Positions 17,359 to 27,128 of a stretch of 55,635 bases of DNA are shown here, piece after piece. The notes under the pieces are model-generated. The model was not told the origin of the DNA and made no database searches. It saw only the letters and a list, made by a program, of their open reading frames with translations. The position numbers and the translations under genes were made by a program. Each line of letters opens with the position of its first letter. Positions within the stretch are counted from its first letter, which is position 1. Source of the stretch: a virus (lineage: Duplodnaviria; Caudoviricetes); the IMG/VR virus record IMGVR_UViG_3300044995_000318, positions 1 to 55,635 of that record; one strand, written 5' to 3'.

Positions 17359-19885
17359 AGAATTTGGTCGCCACGCTTTGCTTGATTTAAATATAGATGC
17401 AGGCGTGATTGGTGTGGTTGGTGTTAACGGTTGCGGCAAATCTACTTTATTAAAAGCAATCGAATTCGCGTTTACTGGGCTGTTGGAAGATGCTGCCGAA
17501 ACATATGTAAGAAACGTCGGAACTCCAGACGCAGCTTCTAATGCATCTATTGAGTTATCGTTTATTAAAAATGGTATTGAAGGAAGAATATTTCGACAAA
17601 TAGGTAAAACGACAAAAAGATTACTGACCTGGAATGGCACCGAATACAAGTCAGCCGCAGATGTAGAATCGTGTCTTCGAGAAATCATCGGGGCGGATAA
17701 ACAGGCTTTGTCTAATGCCGTGTTTATTAGCCAAGGAGAACTTGACCGTCTTCTGTTCGGTAGTCAAGTAGAGCGCGAGCAACTTTTCGTTAAGTTGTTG
17801 CTGCTATCACATTTAGAAAAGATATCGGAAACGGTTATTAAAGATCAGATCAAAAGTCTATTAGGAGGGACGACTAAATTTGAGGCTGTTATGGAAGAAA
17901 TTGCTACTCAAGAATCGGAAGCTGCAGCCACAGTGCTCTCTTTAAAGGAGACTCTTAAAACGTCTCCAGATCATTCTAAATCGCTCCAAGAGGCTTCTGA
18001 ACTCTTGGAGAGTGTAAAGACTCTCGAGCACCTAAACAACCAGCTGGCTGACGCTTTACGCAACAAACGTGAAGCTGAAACCAAACGACAGTCCTCTTTG
18101 GGTGCAGCTGGATTCAAAGGACTCGACGCCATTGAAAAAGAAATCGAAAATCAATCCGCTCTGATCGCCTCACTCGAGCAGAAAATGCAGAGTGCCGTCG
18201 GCAGAGCTGAACTAGAGGAACGTGCTCGCATAGCAAAAGAAAGTCTTGCCGCCCATCAAGCCCAGTTAGAAGCTGAACGTCTGGCTCGTCAAAAAGCATT
18301 GCAAAACCAGCTGCCGGAAGAAACTCGTAAAAGCTTATTAGAATTATTAGAGAAACATAGTCTCTATACCCGCCTTAATTCAGAAAGTGAACAGCTGGCT
18401 GCCCAGTTGCAACCTCTTGCTATTCAAGAAGATGAGTTAAGGAAACAAGTTTTGGAAGAACAATCAGAAGAAGCTCAAAAAGCTTTAGCAGATAAAAAGG
18501 AACGTCTCAAAAAACAAGATGCTGATATTGCTAATCTTGAGCTAAAAATTGCCGTTTTAAAACCCACACTAAAAAGTGCACCTTTAGGAGTAGGTTATAC
18601 CGAATGTCCTATTTGCGGCACTTCTTTAAAACCTGGGTTTTTGACTGAAGAAAAGTTGACCAAACTTAAATCAGATTTGGATGCTAAAATTGAAGCCCGT
18701 GATAAGTTGCGTAAAGAAATCGAAGAAATCGATACAAAATTTAGAAACATATCAGGCCAGCTGGCAATCACCGGAGCGCAGGTTAAACAAATTAATAATC
18801 GCCTTTTGGAAGTCGTTAGCCAGATGGAAGAAATCGAAGCAGTTGTAAATAATTTTGATATTAACGCTGCCAAAGAAAAGCTATCTGCTCATGAAAAAGC
18901 AGTAATTGAATTGTCGATTCATACCGAACAAAGATTGGCGGATCTTCAATCGCAAATTGAATCAACTAAATCTCAATTAGATAGTTTAGAAAAAGAGTTG
19001 GCAGAAACTCCTGCAATCGAGCAATCGACGCAGGATGAAATAAAACAAAAAATCGCCAACACTAGGGAAAAGCTCGAAAAAGCCTCTCAACTTAGAAAAG
19101 TTGTCATGGCTTTTGAAGCAACTATTGAAACTTCTGAAAAATCGATTGAGCAGCTTACAAAAAGTATTGCCGTTATCGCTAAAGCTAAGGACCAACAAAG
19201 GGACGCTTTGTTTAAGTCTATTAGCAAACCAGAAAATTACCAAGATAACGCAGAGTTTGTGCAAGCCATTGTTGCTCAACTCAATTCGATGCAACAAAAA
19301 CGTGCTATTCTAGAAGGTCAGTTAAAACAAGCTACAGACGCATTAAATGCTATTATTGAACGCAGAAAAGATATTGAAGCTCGCATTGCTAAAGAACAGT
19401 TTAAAAAGGATTTAGCTAGACAGTTAGAACTACTATCCAATACATTTAACCGCAAAGGTTTACCGTTAAAGTATGTTAATTACAGATTTGCCCAATTAGC
19501 AGAATTAACAGCAGCAAATTTATCTAAATTAGGAGCTAACTTTACCGTTATACCAGATGATGAAAAATCTGTATCGTTTAAGTTCAAACGGCTGGATTCT
19601 GCTGAAGAATTTTACATGGGACAGGAAAAGCTCAGCGGAGGTCAACGAGTTCGACTGACCGTAGCTTTCCTTTTAGCCGTGCAGCAACTCATCATTCCGG
19701 ATGTTGGTTTATTAATACTAGACGAACCTTCGGTTCATCTGGATCAAGAAGGCACCGAGAGTCTTGCAGAAATGCTTGCTTCTATGGGCGAACAGCTTCA
19801 TGATAGCGAAGCTCAGGTTATTGTATGTGACCATAACACAGCCCTTGAACCTGCATTTCAAAAACTGGTTAAATTAGGAAATTAA
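17333..19885 (+). CDS. sbcC: SbcC/Rad50 SMC-like ATPase
   Basis: Walker A GVNGCGKST, Q-loop ISQGE, zinc hook CPICG in a coiled coil, signature LSGGQ, Walker B LILDEP. Confidence 0.93.
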   Translation: MRIKSIKIKEFGRHALLDLNIDAGVIGVVGVNGCGKSTLLKAIEFAFTGLLEDAAETYVRNVGTPDAASNASIELSFIKNGIEGRIFRQIGKTTKRLLTWNGTEYKSAADVESCLREIIGADKQALSNAVFISQGELDRLLFGSQVEREQLFVKLLLLSHLEKISETVIKDQIKSLLGGTTKFEAVMEEIATQESEAAATVLSLKETLKTSPDHSKSLQEASELLESVKTLEHLNNQLADALRNKREAETKRQSSLGAAGFKGLDAIEKEIENQSALIASLEQKMQSAVGRAELEERARIAKESLAAHQAQLEAERLARQKALQNQLPEETRKSLLELLEKHSLYTRLNSESEQLAAQLQPLAIQEDELRKQVLEEQSEEAQKALADKKERLKKQDADIANLELKIAVLKPTLKSAPLGVGYTECPICGTSLKPGFLTEEKLTKLKSDLDAKIEARDKLRKEIEEIDTKFRNISGQLAITGAQVKQINNRLLEVVSQMEEIEAVVNNFDINAAKEKLSAHEKAVIELSIHTEQRLADLQSQIESTKSQLDSLEKELAETPAIEQSTQDEIKQKIANTREKLEKASQLRKVVMAFEATIETSEKSIEQLTKSIAVIAKAKDQQRDALFKSISKPENYQDNAEFVQAIVAQLNSMQQKRAILEGQLKQATDALNAIIERRKDIEARIAKEQFKKDLARQLELLSNTFNRKGLPLKYVNYRFAQLAELTAANLSKLGANFTVIPDDEKSVSFKFKRLDSAEEFYMGQEKLSGGQRVRLTVAFLLAVQQLIIPDVGLLILDEPSVHLDQEGTESLAEMLASMGEQLHDSEAQVIVCDHNTALEPAFQKLVKLGN

Positions 19886-19891
19886 ATATTT

Positions 19892-20380
19892 ATGTTATTG
19901 GACTTGCGCATCAAGGTTGAACAGCCATTTCTAGGGAACAAACGAACTAGGGAACAAGTTCGCAGGTTTCAAAAAGAAGAATTACCTGATTCTCACTTAA
20001 TAATCATTGACAGTGTTCAATGGTATTGGGCTTTGCAAGAAGCTGCAAAGTGTCTGAATCTTGATGTCAATGTCCATTGCATACGTTTTAAAAAAGGGTT
20101 CCGAGCGCCGACTCTTGTTTTATACACTCGACGCTGGTATCATCAAAATTCTGATAAACGACAAGAGGAGCAATTCGAATCCATCCGAGAGGGTGCCGAA
20201 TTGTCCATTGAATTGATTCTGTTAAGCACTCCAGAACCCGGTCAAAACACTGGGAAGGTGCCTACGGTTGAGGAAGTTGAAAAACTTTTTCAGTTTATTG
20301 GGGAATCACTGGGGCTTAGCCCTTGGGGTTCAAAGTTTGGTTACGGTAGATTTCGTGTTTTACACCTCAAAAAAATTTAA
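19892..20380 (+). CDS. stand-alone RAMP superfamily (Cas7/Csm3-like) protein
   Basis: RAMP motifs in canonical order: LRIKVEQPFLG, IIIDSVQWYWALQEAA, ESIREGAELSIEL, and C-terminal G-rich loop GLSPWGSKFGYGRFRV. Confidence 0.72.
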   Translation: MLLDLRIKVEQPFLGNKRTREQVRRFQKEELPDSHLIIIDSVQWYWALQEAAKCLNLDVNVHCIRFKKGFRAPTLVLYTRRWYHQNSDKRQEEQFESIREGAELSIELILLSTPEPGQNTGKVPTVEEVEKLFQFIGESLGLSPWGSKFGYGRFRVLHLKKI

Positions 20381-20392
20381 ATTATTAAACCT

Positions 20393-21844
20393 ATGGGTTT
20401 ACCCGCTGAAGTGGAAATCCTATTGGATGATTCCGCCATCCTAGTTGTCCCGTCATTTCCTGAATTAGAAAAAGTTCTTAAGTATCAGGTCAAAAAAATT
20501 GAAAACAAAGAAATCAAAAGGTCCACGGAATATCTTTACAACGAAATTAAAGATTATTCCGGGTTAAGGGCTATTCAGTTACATCAAGGTTCTCTGCAGC
20601 GCGTAATTAACCGCTGCAGAGAGCTGAATGTTGTTACACATGTTCACGATCAAAGGTTGGAGTTTCCCAAGCCCCAGCTAGATAAAATGTTTGGTTTTCG
20701 ATTCAGCCAAAAAGATTTGCTTACGAAATTTCTTCTTATGAATAGGAGCGGCTTATTAGCCGCTCCAACTCGTTACGGGAAAACGACTTGCATCATAAAT
20801 ACGTTGAGAGCATATCCGGGGATTACGACTGTGGTAACTGCCCCTGGTAAAGATTTGGTCCGACAACTCTACGCGGATATTAAACAAAGTTTTCCGCATC
20901 GAGATGTTAAAATGATAGGGGCGGGGTCCACCACAAGGTATCCATCTGAAGATATTACCGTATGTAGTATGGATAGTTTAGAAAAATGTGACCACGGCAG
21001 AACTCGCCTCGTGTTGGTGGATGAGCCTCATGCTTTAGTCACAGATTCTAGAATCCCGGAATTTGTAAAGTTTAAGTATGCCCGAAAACTTGGTTTTGGA
21101 GCCACGCTTAGTGGACGGTTTGACGGTAGAGATCTGCTCATTGAAGCCCTTATCGGGCCTATTCTTGCCGAACGTACTTATAGAGAAGCAGTTGCAGAAG
21201 GAGCTATCTGTCCTTTGAAGGTTTTCTTTTTGAATATTGATGTTCAAGTCAATTCAATGGACAACCGAAATACGATTTACGGGCAGAATCTATTTCGCTC
21301 TTACGAAATGGGCAAAATCATTCGCTACATCAGCATGGAGATTTTACCACCGGATTGGCAAACCCTGATTTTCATAAAAAATGAGGTGCAGGCCAATATT
21401 CTCCAGAAGCTGATGGGCGAAGATCATGTCATTGCGATGGCCAAAAAGTTGACCAACAAAGAACGGGAAGAGTTGATGCGCAAGATGAAAGACTGCACAA
21501 TCACTCGTTGTTTGGCGTCCGACATTTATGCGCAGGGTGTTACTTTTCCAGATGTCAAAGCTATCATAAATGCCGCTGCTGGAGGAGGTTACACAAGCGC
21601 AATACAAAAACCAGGAAGGTTGGCTGAAGTTCGTCCCAACAAAAAATGTGGCGTAGTCATTGACTTCATGTTTAGAAGTTTTCAAGATACAGAAGACGCA
21701 GACATTGAAGGCAGGGGCGGTTTCAACTGCATGCAATACGATTCGCAGAGCAGGTTGGCTGCCTACCAAGAAAAAGGATACGAAATATTCTTTGCGGATT
21801 CGTTGTCCGAACTGGATCGATTGATCCGAAAGGAGGCGTTTTGA
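20393..21844 (+). CDS. SF2 DExH helicase (UvsW/Rad25-like)
   Basis: APTRYGKT, VDEPH, GATL, QGVTFP and IQKPGR motifs. Confidence 0.88.
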   Translation: MGLPAEVEILLDDSAILVVPSFPELEKVLKYQVKKIENKEIKRSTEYLYNEIKDYSGLRAIQLHQGSLQRVINRCRELNVVTHVHDQRLEFPKPQLDKMFGFRFSQKDLLTKFLLMNRSGLLAAPTRYGKTTCIINTLRAYPGITTVVTAPGKDLVRQLYADIKQSFPHRDVKMIGAGSTTRYPSEDITVCSMDSLEKCDHGRTRLVLVDEPHALVTDSRIPEFVKFKYARKLGFGATLSGRFDGRDLLIEALIGPILAERTYREAVAEGAICPLKVFFLNIDVQVNSMDNRNTIYGQNLFRSYEMGKIIRYISMEILPPDWQTLIFIKNEVQANILQKLMGEDHVIAMAKKLTNKEREELMRKMKDCTITRCLASDIYAQGVTFPDVKAIINAAAGGGYTSAIQKPGRLAEVRPNKKCGVVIDFMFRSFQDTEDADIEGRGGFNCMQYDSQSRLAAYQEKGYEIFFADSLSELDRLIRKEAF

Positions 21845-22491
21845 ACGAACAGCAACAAGATATTAGCCCGGACCCTGAATTGGTGGCTCGGGAAATAAGG
21901 GCTTGTTACATCGCTAAGCGTAGCGCTGAACTTAAAAAACCGTACCGCCTAAGTGCACGGCACGATAAAAAAGAATATTGGATGAGGGCGGCTGAGCTAT
22001 GCATACGCTTGAAAGCCAACCCTAAAGATTTTATCGATGCCGTCCTTGAAGCCCCCAACGGAAGTAAACCTGTGTTTGCTAATATGCTTTTCGGTAATTT
22101 TGCCGAGAACGCATATAAAAACAAAATGGAGCTGCTTAAAGAGGGGATGGTTGATCAAAAAGACGATGAAGATCGGTACTTCGATGACGGTATGTTACCT
22201 TCCGCCAAGCTGTGTCTGCTTTTAAAGTTTGCTCTTAACACCCTGTATAACATAAGTGGGACTATTAGCATGGTGGAAAAAAATTTAGAAATAATGCGGT
22301 CGCCTTTTACGGACTACCATCCCGCTGTTCGTGTGCTTCTTGCCTACCCTGATCATATTGTTATGGAAAGGTACGGCGAAGCGGCCAAGAATTATTTCCA
22401 AAGTAATCCAGGTACTTTGGAAATTGTTAAAAAAATGCAACTTCCAGTAGATAAAATTTTATCATGGCAGAAACCGACCCAACAGCCTTAG
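21841..22491 (+). CDS. hypothetical protein (possible helicase-associated factor)
   Basis: TTG start with AAGGAGG SD; overlaps both neighbours. Confidence 0.7.
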   Translation: MNEQQQDISPDPELVAREIRACYIAKRSAELKKPYRLSARHDKKEYWMRAAELCIRLKANPKDFIDAVLEAPNGSKPVFANMLFGNFAENAYKNKMELLKEGMVDQKDDEDRYFDDGMLPSAKLCLLLKFALNTLYNISGTISMVEKNLEIMRSPFTDYHPAVRVLLAYPDHIVMERYGEAAKNYFQSNPGTLEIVKKMQLPVDKILSWQKPTQQP

Positions 22492-23873
22492 TACACCAAT
22501 TGGTGGACGATAACCGTCCTTGGTTTGAAGGCTGCGTTATTGGCTACTTAGCATTATCAAGAGCATATTTTGAAAAGGTAAAAAACGTGTTATGTGTAGA
22601 TAAAGATTCTGGTGAATTTTATCCAGACTTTTCTACTGACATAGATAACGCAATTTACCAAGCCATATGCTCGTTTTATAATACTTTTCAAAAATCAAGT
22701 TATGTTAATAAAGAATCGTTTCGTTTTTATTTGGAACAAGTAGCCGCAAAGGGAGATTGGATTGGAATGGGAGAAGTCGACGCAGCTCTTCAGCGCGTGG
22801 CGGAATTTACAGAAGTACCCGTTGACGAGCTAGAAACGCTTATGGAAAACGGATACACATACTGGTTAAAACGCCGTCGCACTGAAGAAGTTGTGCGTCG
22901 TTCTTCCATACTCAATCTTTTACCGGAAACACTGGCGGAAGAAGTTCGCGCCCATATTAAAGTCATTGAAAGACAAAAAGAAAATGACACTTATGAGTTT
23001 GGGCACGGAACTTTGTATCCCCAACCTGATATTTTCCGTATTGGTACTGGGCTAAGTGATTTGGATATTTGTATCGGTGGCGGTTTAGGTCAAGGAGAAG
23101 GTACTTTATTTATTGGGGCGCAAGGTTCTGGAAAAACAATTATTGCTTGTCAAATTGCCGCCAATATTGCTGCCCATTCAAAGCATGTGCTTTTTATTAC
23201 AACCGAACAACGCCACCGAGATTTGGAACTTCGTATTATATCCAATAGGTGTAATATTCCTTTTGATCGTATTAAAGATAACTTTCGTCCTGACAGGGAC
23301 TTAAGTACAGTAGAATTTGAAAAATATTGTAACTTAGTAGAAACACTAAGAGATTATTTACATTTTAAAGACTGGATGGAAGATCGGGCAAGATCGGTAA
23401 TCACTGATCTTGATATGGAGCTAGATAAAGTAGAAGACAAATACGGTAAGGTGGACTGCATCATCTTGGACTGGATTGGCGGGGCTTTAGGATCGGAAAG
23501 TATAAAAAATCCTGAAGCCATTCGCCATATTTACCAAGCTACCGCAGACAAAATGGCGAGTATTGCCAGTGACCGTAATATGGTGTCGGTAAGTTTTGCG
23601 CAGGCAGCAATGGGGCTGTGCTATAACAAAAAACGCATCGACGCCACTATGCTAGCCGAGTGTAAAAACATGGGACGTAATATGACGAATGTTATTGGGA
23701 TTAGCGCTCTTACAGAAAAAGAAAATGATGACAAAGAAGCTATTTACTTAGTAGATCAAATCTTTTGGGTCTCCAAAGCTCGGAAAGGTGAAAATAAACA
23801 AATCAAGTTCAAACGAGAATATCGTTATCAGCGTGTAAGATGCGGAGACGATAAACAAAATATTAATTATTAA
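22464..23873 (+). CDS. dnaB: DnaB-like replicative helicase
   Basis: GTGLSDLD, Walker A GAQGSGKT, FITTEQ, IILDWI, FAQ and KAR motifs. Confidence 0.88.
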   Translation: MAETDPTALVHQLVDDNRPWFEGCVIGYLALSRAYFEKVKNVLCVDKDSGEFYPDFSTDIDNAIYQAICSFYNTFQKSSYVNKESFRFYLEQVAAKGDWIGMGEVDAALQRVAEFTEVPVDELETLMENGYTYWLKRRRTEEVVRRSSILNLLPETLAEEVRAHIKVIERQKENDTYEFGHGTLYPQPDIFRIGTGLSDLDICIGGGLGQGEGTLFIGAQGSGKTIIACQIAANIAAHSKHVLFITTEQRHRDLELRIISNRCNIPFDRIKDNFRPDRDLSTVEFEKYCNLVETLRDYLHFKDWMEDRARSVITDLDMELDKVEDKYGKVDCIILDWIGGALGSESIKNPEAIRHIYQATADKMASIASDRNMVSVSFAQAAMGLCYNKKRIDATMLAECKNMGRNMTNVIGISALTEKENDDKEAIYLVDQIFWVSKARKGENKQIKFKREYRYQRVRCGDDKQNINY

Positions 23874-24167
23874 AAATAATAAAAATAATAAACTATTTTG
23901 GTCCAATGAAGATGGATGGGTAGATTTCGAAAGCGCTACTATCTTTAGATAAGGAGAAGAAAAATTTTTAATCTCCACATAGAATGTTCTTAGTTTTTAT
24001 TAGAGCTTTCTAAAGTAGTGTCTAAGCTGTCCAAAAATATCGTAAGCTGTTGAAAAAGATTAGTTTGTAAAAGTCAATTATTTTTAATAATTTAAACATT
24101 GCAAAAGTTTAATAGCGCAAATAATTACAAATATTTGTTTAATAATTTTGCGCCCGTTTAAAAAATA

Positions 24168-24196
24168 TTGACCGTGTAAGCATGTTCTACTAGGTT
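24168..24196 (+). promoter_or_regulatory. putative sigma70-type promoter
   Basis: TTGACC-17 nt-TAGGTT with an AT-rich upstream tract. Confidence 0.45.
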
Positions 24197-24360
24197 GCCA
24201 TACCCCAAGCGTATTGCATGCTTGGGTTAGGAAATCAATCCGAGTCGGAGGCTTAAATTTTAATAAGCATCCGACCACTGCTAGATCAAGAAGAGACACC
24301 GGCTCCGATTAGATCGCAAAAGCAGGTATCAGAACAACCCGGTAGGAAATTGTTGAACGC

Positions 24361-25959
24361 ATGAATACGAGCAGCGTAAAACCCACTTGCTCCCGTCGGT
24401 TATCTCACCGACTTCAAAATCAAACCGATTACCCTGAATATAAGTGCCCTAAAGGCTACCATGTGGTCTATAGGGAAAAGCACGACAAGAACAACCCATA
24501 TACCGTCATTTCAAATAAACCCATCAATGACGAGAACTTGTCGGCGGAGGCACTCGGCGTATTAGTTTATATTATATCTAAGCCAGACAACTGGACGATA
24601 TGGAAGTCTCAAATCGCCCATCGGTTTGGAATGGGTCGGCATAAGATAAACCGGATCTTCAAAGAACTAGAAGAGGCCGGGTATATGTTTGAGGAGCAAT
24701 CTCGTCAAAGTTGGGGCGGGTATGACTTCTCCCGTAGGGTTCTTTTTGAAGCTAGCCAGCTTTTGGATAGCGCAAAAAACGACGATTCGTTTTCTCATGC
24801 CGTTGCTGAAAATCCGCATGCTGAAAATCCGCATGCTGAAAATCAGCACCTAGTAAGTAACCATGTTTGTGCAAAAAATACTGAAGAAAAAAAATCCCCC
24901 AAACCCCCTTTCTTCGCTCCGCTCGAAAGGGGGCTGGATTTTTCTTTTGTTGAACAAAAAGAGGAATCCAAACAAGAAGTCTCAGAAAAGCCCAAAAAAG
25001 AAGAGATATGTTTAGTTGATCTCGAAGAAGATGAGATTGAAGCTTACTATCAGCAAGGACGTGAAGAACTCATGGCCCGACTTTGTCCAAGTTCTGAAAG
25101 CGAAGCAGGACAAGCCCGATGGGCAGAGAAAGCCAAAAAGATTGTCCCAGTTGATGCTGAAGCTTTGGTAAAATCAGGGGCAGTCAAATTTCCGCTTCCC
25201 CCGGCTGATGTCCCTGCTTCCCGGTATTGGGCAAGAGCAGGTATGATCCTCGCAATCCCGGAAGCAGAACTTTTCCGGAAAGCTTCCGGTCATGATTGGG
25301 ATTACAAATCAATGCGTATGTTTTTACACCTATGGAAGAAAGGAAAAATCAATCCACCCCGAGTCCGTCGTTGGATTCGTAGCCCTGAATTCCCGGAAGA
25401 GCCTCTAGTGTATGTTCTTAGGAAGATTGAAAAAATCATGACAGGAGAAGACTATGTAGGGAACTTTAAGTTTTTTGTTAACAATCTTAAAGACGAGGTA
25501 GAAATCTTTTGCTTTCCGGATCGAGGTATTGTAAAACAATCTTTGATCTGTATTGAAGATCTTAAAAAAGCAGGTATTTTTGGAGTTTCCGCGATTAGAC
25601 GTAATTGGTTATTAGGTGTTTTATGCCACAGGCTAGGAATGGAAGAAAAAGGAATACCTTGGAATCAGGATATGAAGGATATGTATTTGGAGTCTTATGC
25701 GTTGGATGCGATGGCTCAGTTTTCAGCGGATGAATATGTAAGAGACCTATGGTTTGAAGCTCAGGACTTTTTAGGACTTACCGAGGAAGAAAAAGCTGAT
25801 CTGCCTAATATTATTAGAGGAATTATTAAAAAATTTGTTAATAAACTTGAAAAAGAGGCGTACAAATTGGAGCAAGAAGAATGGTTAAAGAATCACGAGC
25901 AACTGAATCAATGTTTGAAGATGTTCCAGCTCGAGTTAAGCGGCTCGCCGAAGCCTTAG
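24361..25959 (+). CDS. phage replication initiator-like protein (N-terminal winged helix)
   Basis: PYTVISNKPINDENLSAEALGVLVYIISKPDNW...KELEEAGY is typical of lambda-O-like initiators; internal direct repeats follow this domain. Confidence 0.7.
   Translation: MNTSSVKPTCSRRLSHRLQNQTDYPEYKCPKGYHVVYREKHDKNNPYTVISNKPINDENLSAEALGVLVYIISKPDNWTIWKSQIAHRFGMGRHKINRIFKELEEAGYMFEEQSRQSWGGYDFSRRVLFEASQLLDSAKNDDSFSHAVAENPHAENPHAENQHLVSNHVCAKNTEEKKSPKPPFFAPLERGLDFSFVEQKEESKQEVSEKPKKEEICLVDLEEDEIEAYYQQGREELMARLCPSSESEAGQARWAEKAKKIVPVDAEALVKSGAVKFPLPPADVPASRYWARAGMILAIPEAELFRKASGHDWDYKSMRMFLHLWKKGKINPPRVRRWIRSPEFPEEPLVYVLRKIEKIMTGEDYVGNFKFFVNNLKDEVEIFCFPDRGIVKQSLICIEDLKKAGIFGVSAIRRNWLLGVLCHRLGMEEKGIPWNQDMKDMYLESYALDAMAQFSADEYVRDLWFEAQDFLGLTEEEKADLPNIIRGIIKKFVNKLEKEAYKLEQEEWLKNHEQLNQCLKMFQLELSGSPKP
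24804..24848 (+). repeat. 3 x 15-bp direct repeat (putative iterons)
   Basis: TGCTGAAAATCCGCA twice plus TGCTGAAAATCAGCA. Confidence 0.85.
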
Positions 25960-27128
25960 CAAAAATTCACGGTCCCACAAGGATAGCGAAGGAAAAACAT
26001 GGTTATCAAATCTACATGGCTAGCCCGATTTGCCTCGAGCGAGACGGTCGTAAAGAGTTGAGGTCTAGACACTTAGCTGTGAATGCTGAAAGGTATTTTT
26101 TGATAGGTATGTATAGTAAATCAAAGGGTATTATTGATGCGGATAAGTCAGCCATGTGTATGAAGACTGGTAAAATTTATCGGGTGTCGGAGCTTTTGCG
26201 GATGCGCCCCATTAAAGAACGGGGCTTATCCATGGAACCCGATGGTGCTTATGTGACTCTACCTAGAAGGAAAGATAATGTTTTAATTAAAGATGCTAAC
26301 GGTAACTTAATCCCCGATCATCCGGGGCAAGTCGTTGGGATAGAACATCTTGATAAGAATCATCAGGTTTGGGAATTTTTACATTCCCGAGGATTTTATG
26401 ATGCACAACGTTTAGTGGATCATATGGGGGCTTCTTATTGTGAACAAGAAGCTCCCGAACAAAGAGGAGGACATTATTATCGTCGTTTAGTTAATGGTTT
26501 TAAGGATACCCCTCAAGGACGTTTGATCCTGTATGCTTATGTTGGTGGCGTCCAAGTTGGATGGCAGGCCCGTTTGTTAGAATTAATTGTTGACGACACC
26601 CACCATTTAGTATGGCATCCATATAGATCGATATGGGAAGTCTATCGTGTGAAAGAAAATGGAAATTGGGTCGTTCAGCCCGATTTTTTACCAAAGAATG
26701 ATAAAGAGGACGATTTAAAGTCAGCAAGTAAGTATAGGACTGCAGATGGGGCGCTTCGTAATAACATGCTTATGGGTTTTGATGCTTCCGTTAAATGGAA
26801 TAAAGAAAATCGTGAACCTGGTCGTCGTTTTGTTTTCTTAGCGGAAGGTCCATTAGACGCCGCTAGGTTGGGTGTTCCAGCGGTTGCTTTTATGGGAAAA
26901 TATTTAGCTCCCGAACAAGCAAAGCTGTTGACTTCCAACTTTGATACGATCATCTTTGTTCCCGACAATGACTCTGTAGGAAGAAAAGCAGTAAGTGATG
27001 TTACGAAAATGTTAATAAGAGCTAGGCACGTGATGGTATGTCCTCCGGACGATAAGTTCAAAGACGCAGGTGAAATGCCACAAGAAGTCGCAGATGAATT
27101 TGTTAAAAAGATAATAGCTCGATTATGA
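25881..27128 (+). CDS. dnaG: DnaG-like DNA primase (TOPRIM)
   Basis: GRLI...VGWQAR, KY, FLAEGPLDAA, FVPDNDSVG and KDAGE motifs. Confidence 0.85.
   Translation: MVKESRATESMFEDVPARVKRLAEALAKIHGPTRIAKEKHGYQIYMASPICLERDGRKELRSRHLAVNAERYFLIGMYSKSKGIIDADKSAMCMKTGKIYRVSELLRMRPIKERGLSMEPDGAYVTLPRRKDNVLIKDANGNLIPDHPGQVVGIEHLDKNHQVWEFLHSRGFYDAQRLVDHMGASYCEQEAPEQRGGHYYRRLVNGFKDTPQGRLILYAYVGGVQVGWQARLLELIVDDTHHLVWHPYRSIWEVYRVKENGNWVVQPDFLPKNDKEDDLKSASKYRTADGALRNNMLMGFDASVKWNKENREPGRRFVFLAEGPLDAARLGVPAVAFMGKYLAPEQAKLLTSNFDTIIFVPDNDSVGRKAVSDVTKMLIRARHVMVCPPDDKFKDAGEMPQEVADEFVKKIIARL

Noticed and set aside
19886-20392. CRISPR array or short-period guide repeat next to the RAMP gene
   Set aside because: The flanking gaps are only 6 and 12 nt. 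By eye I found no repeat-spacer array and no sustained short-period (e.g. GGY-NN) pattern in any intergenic region.
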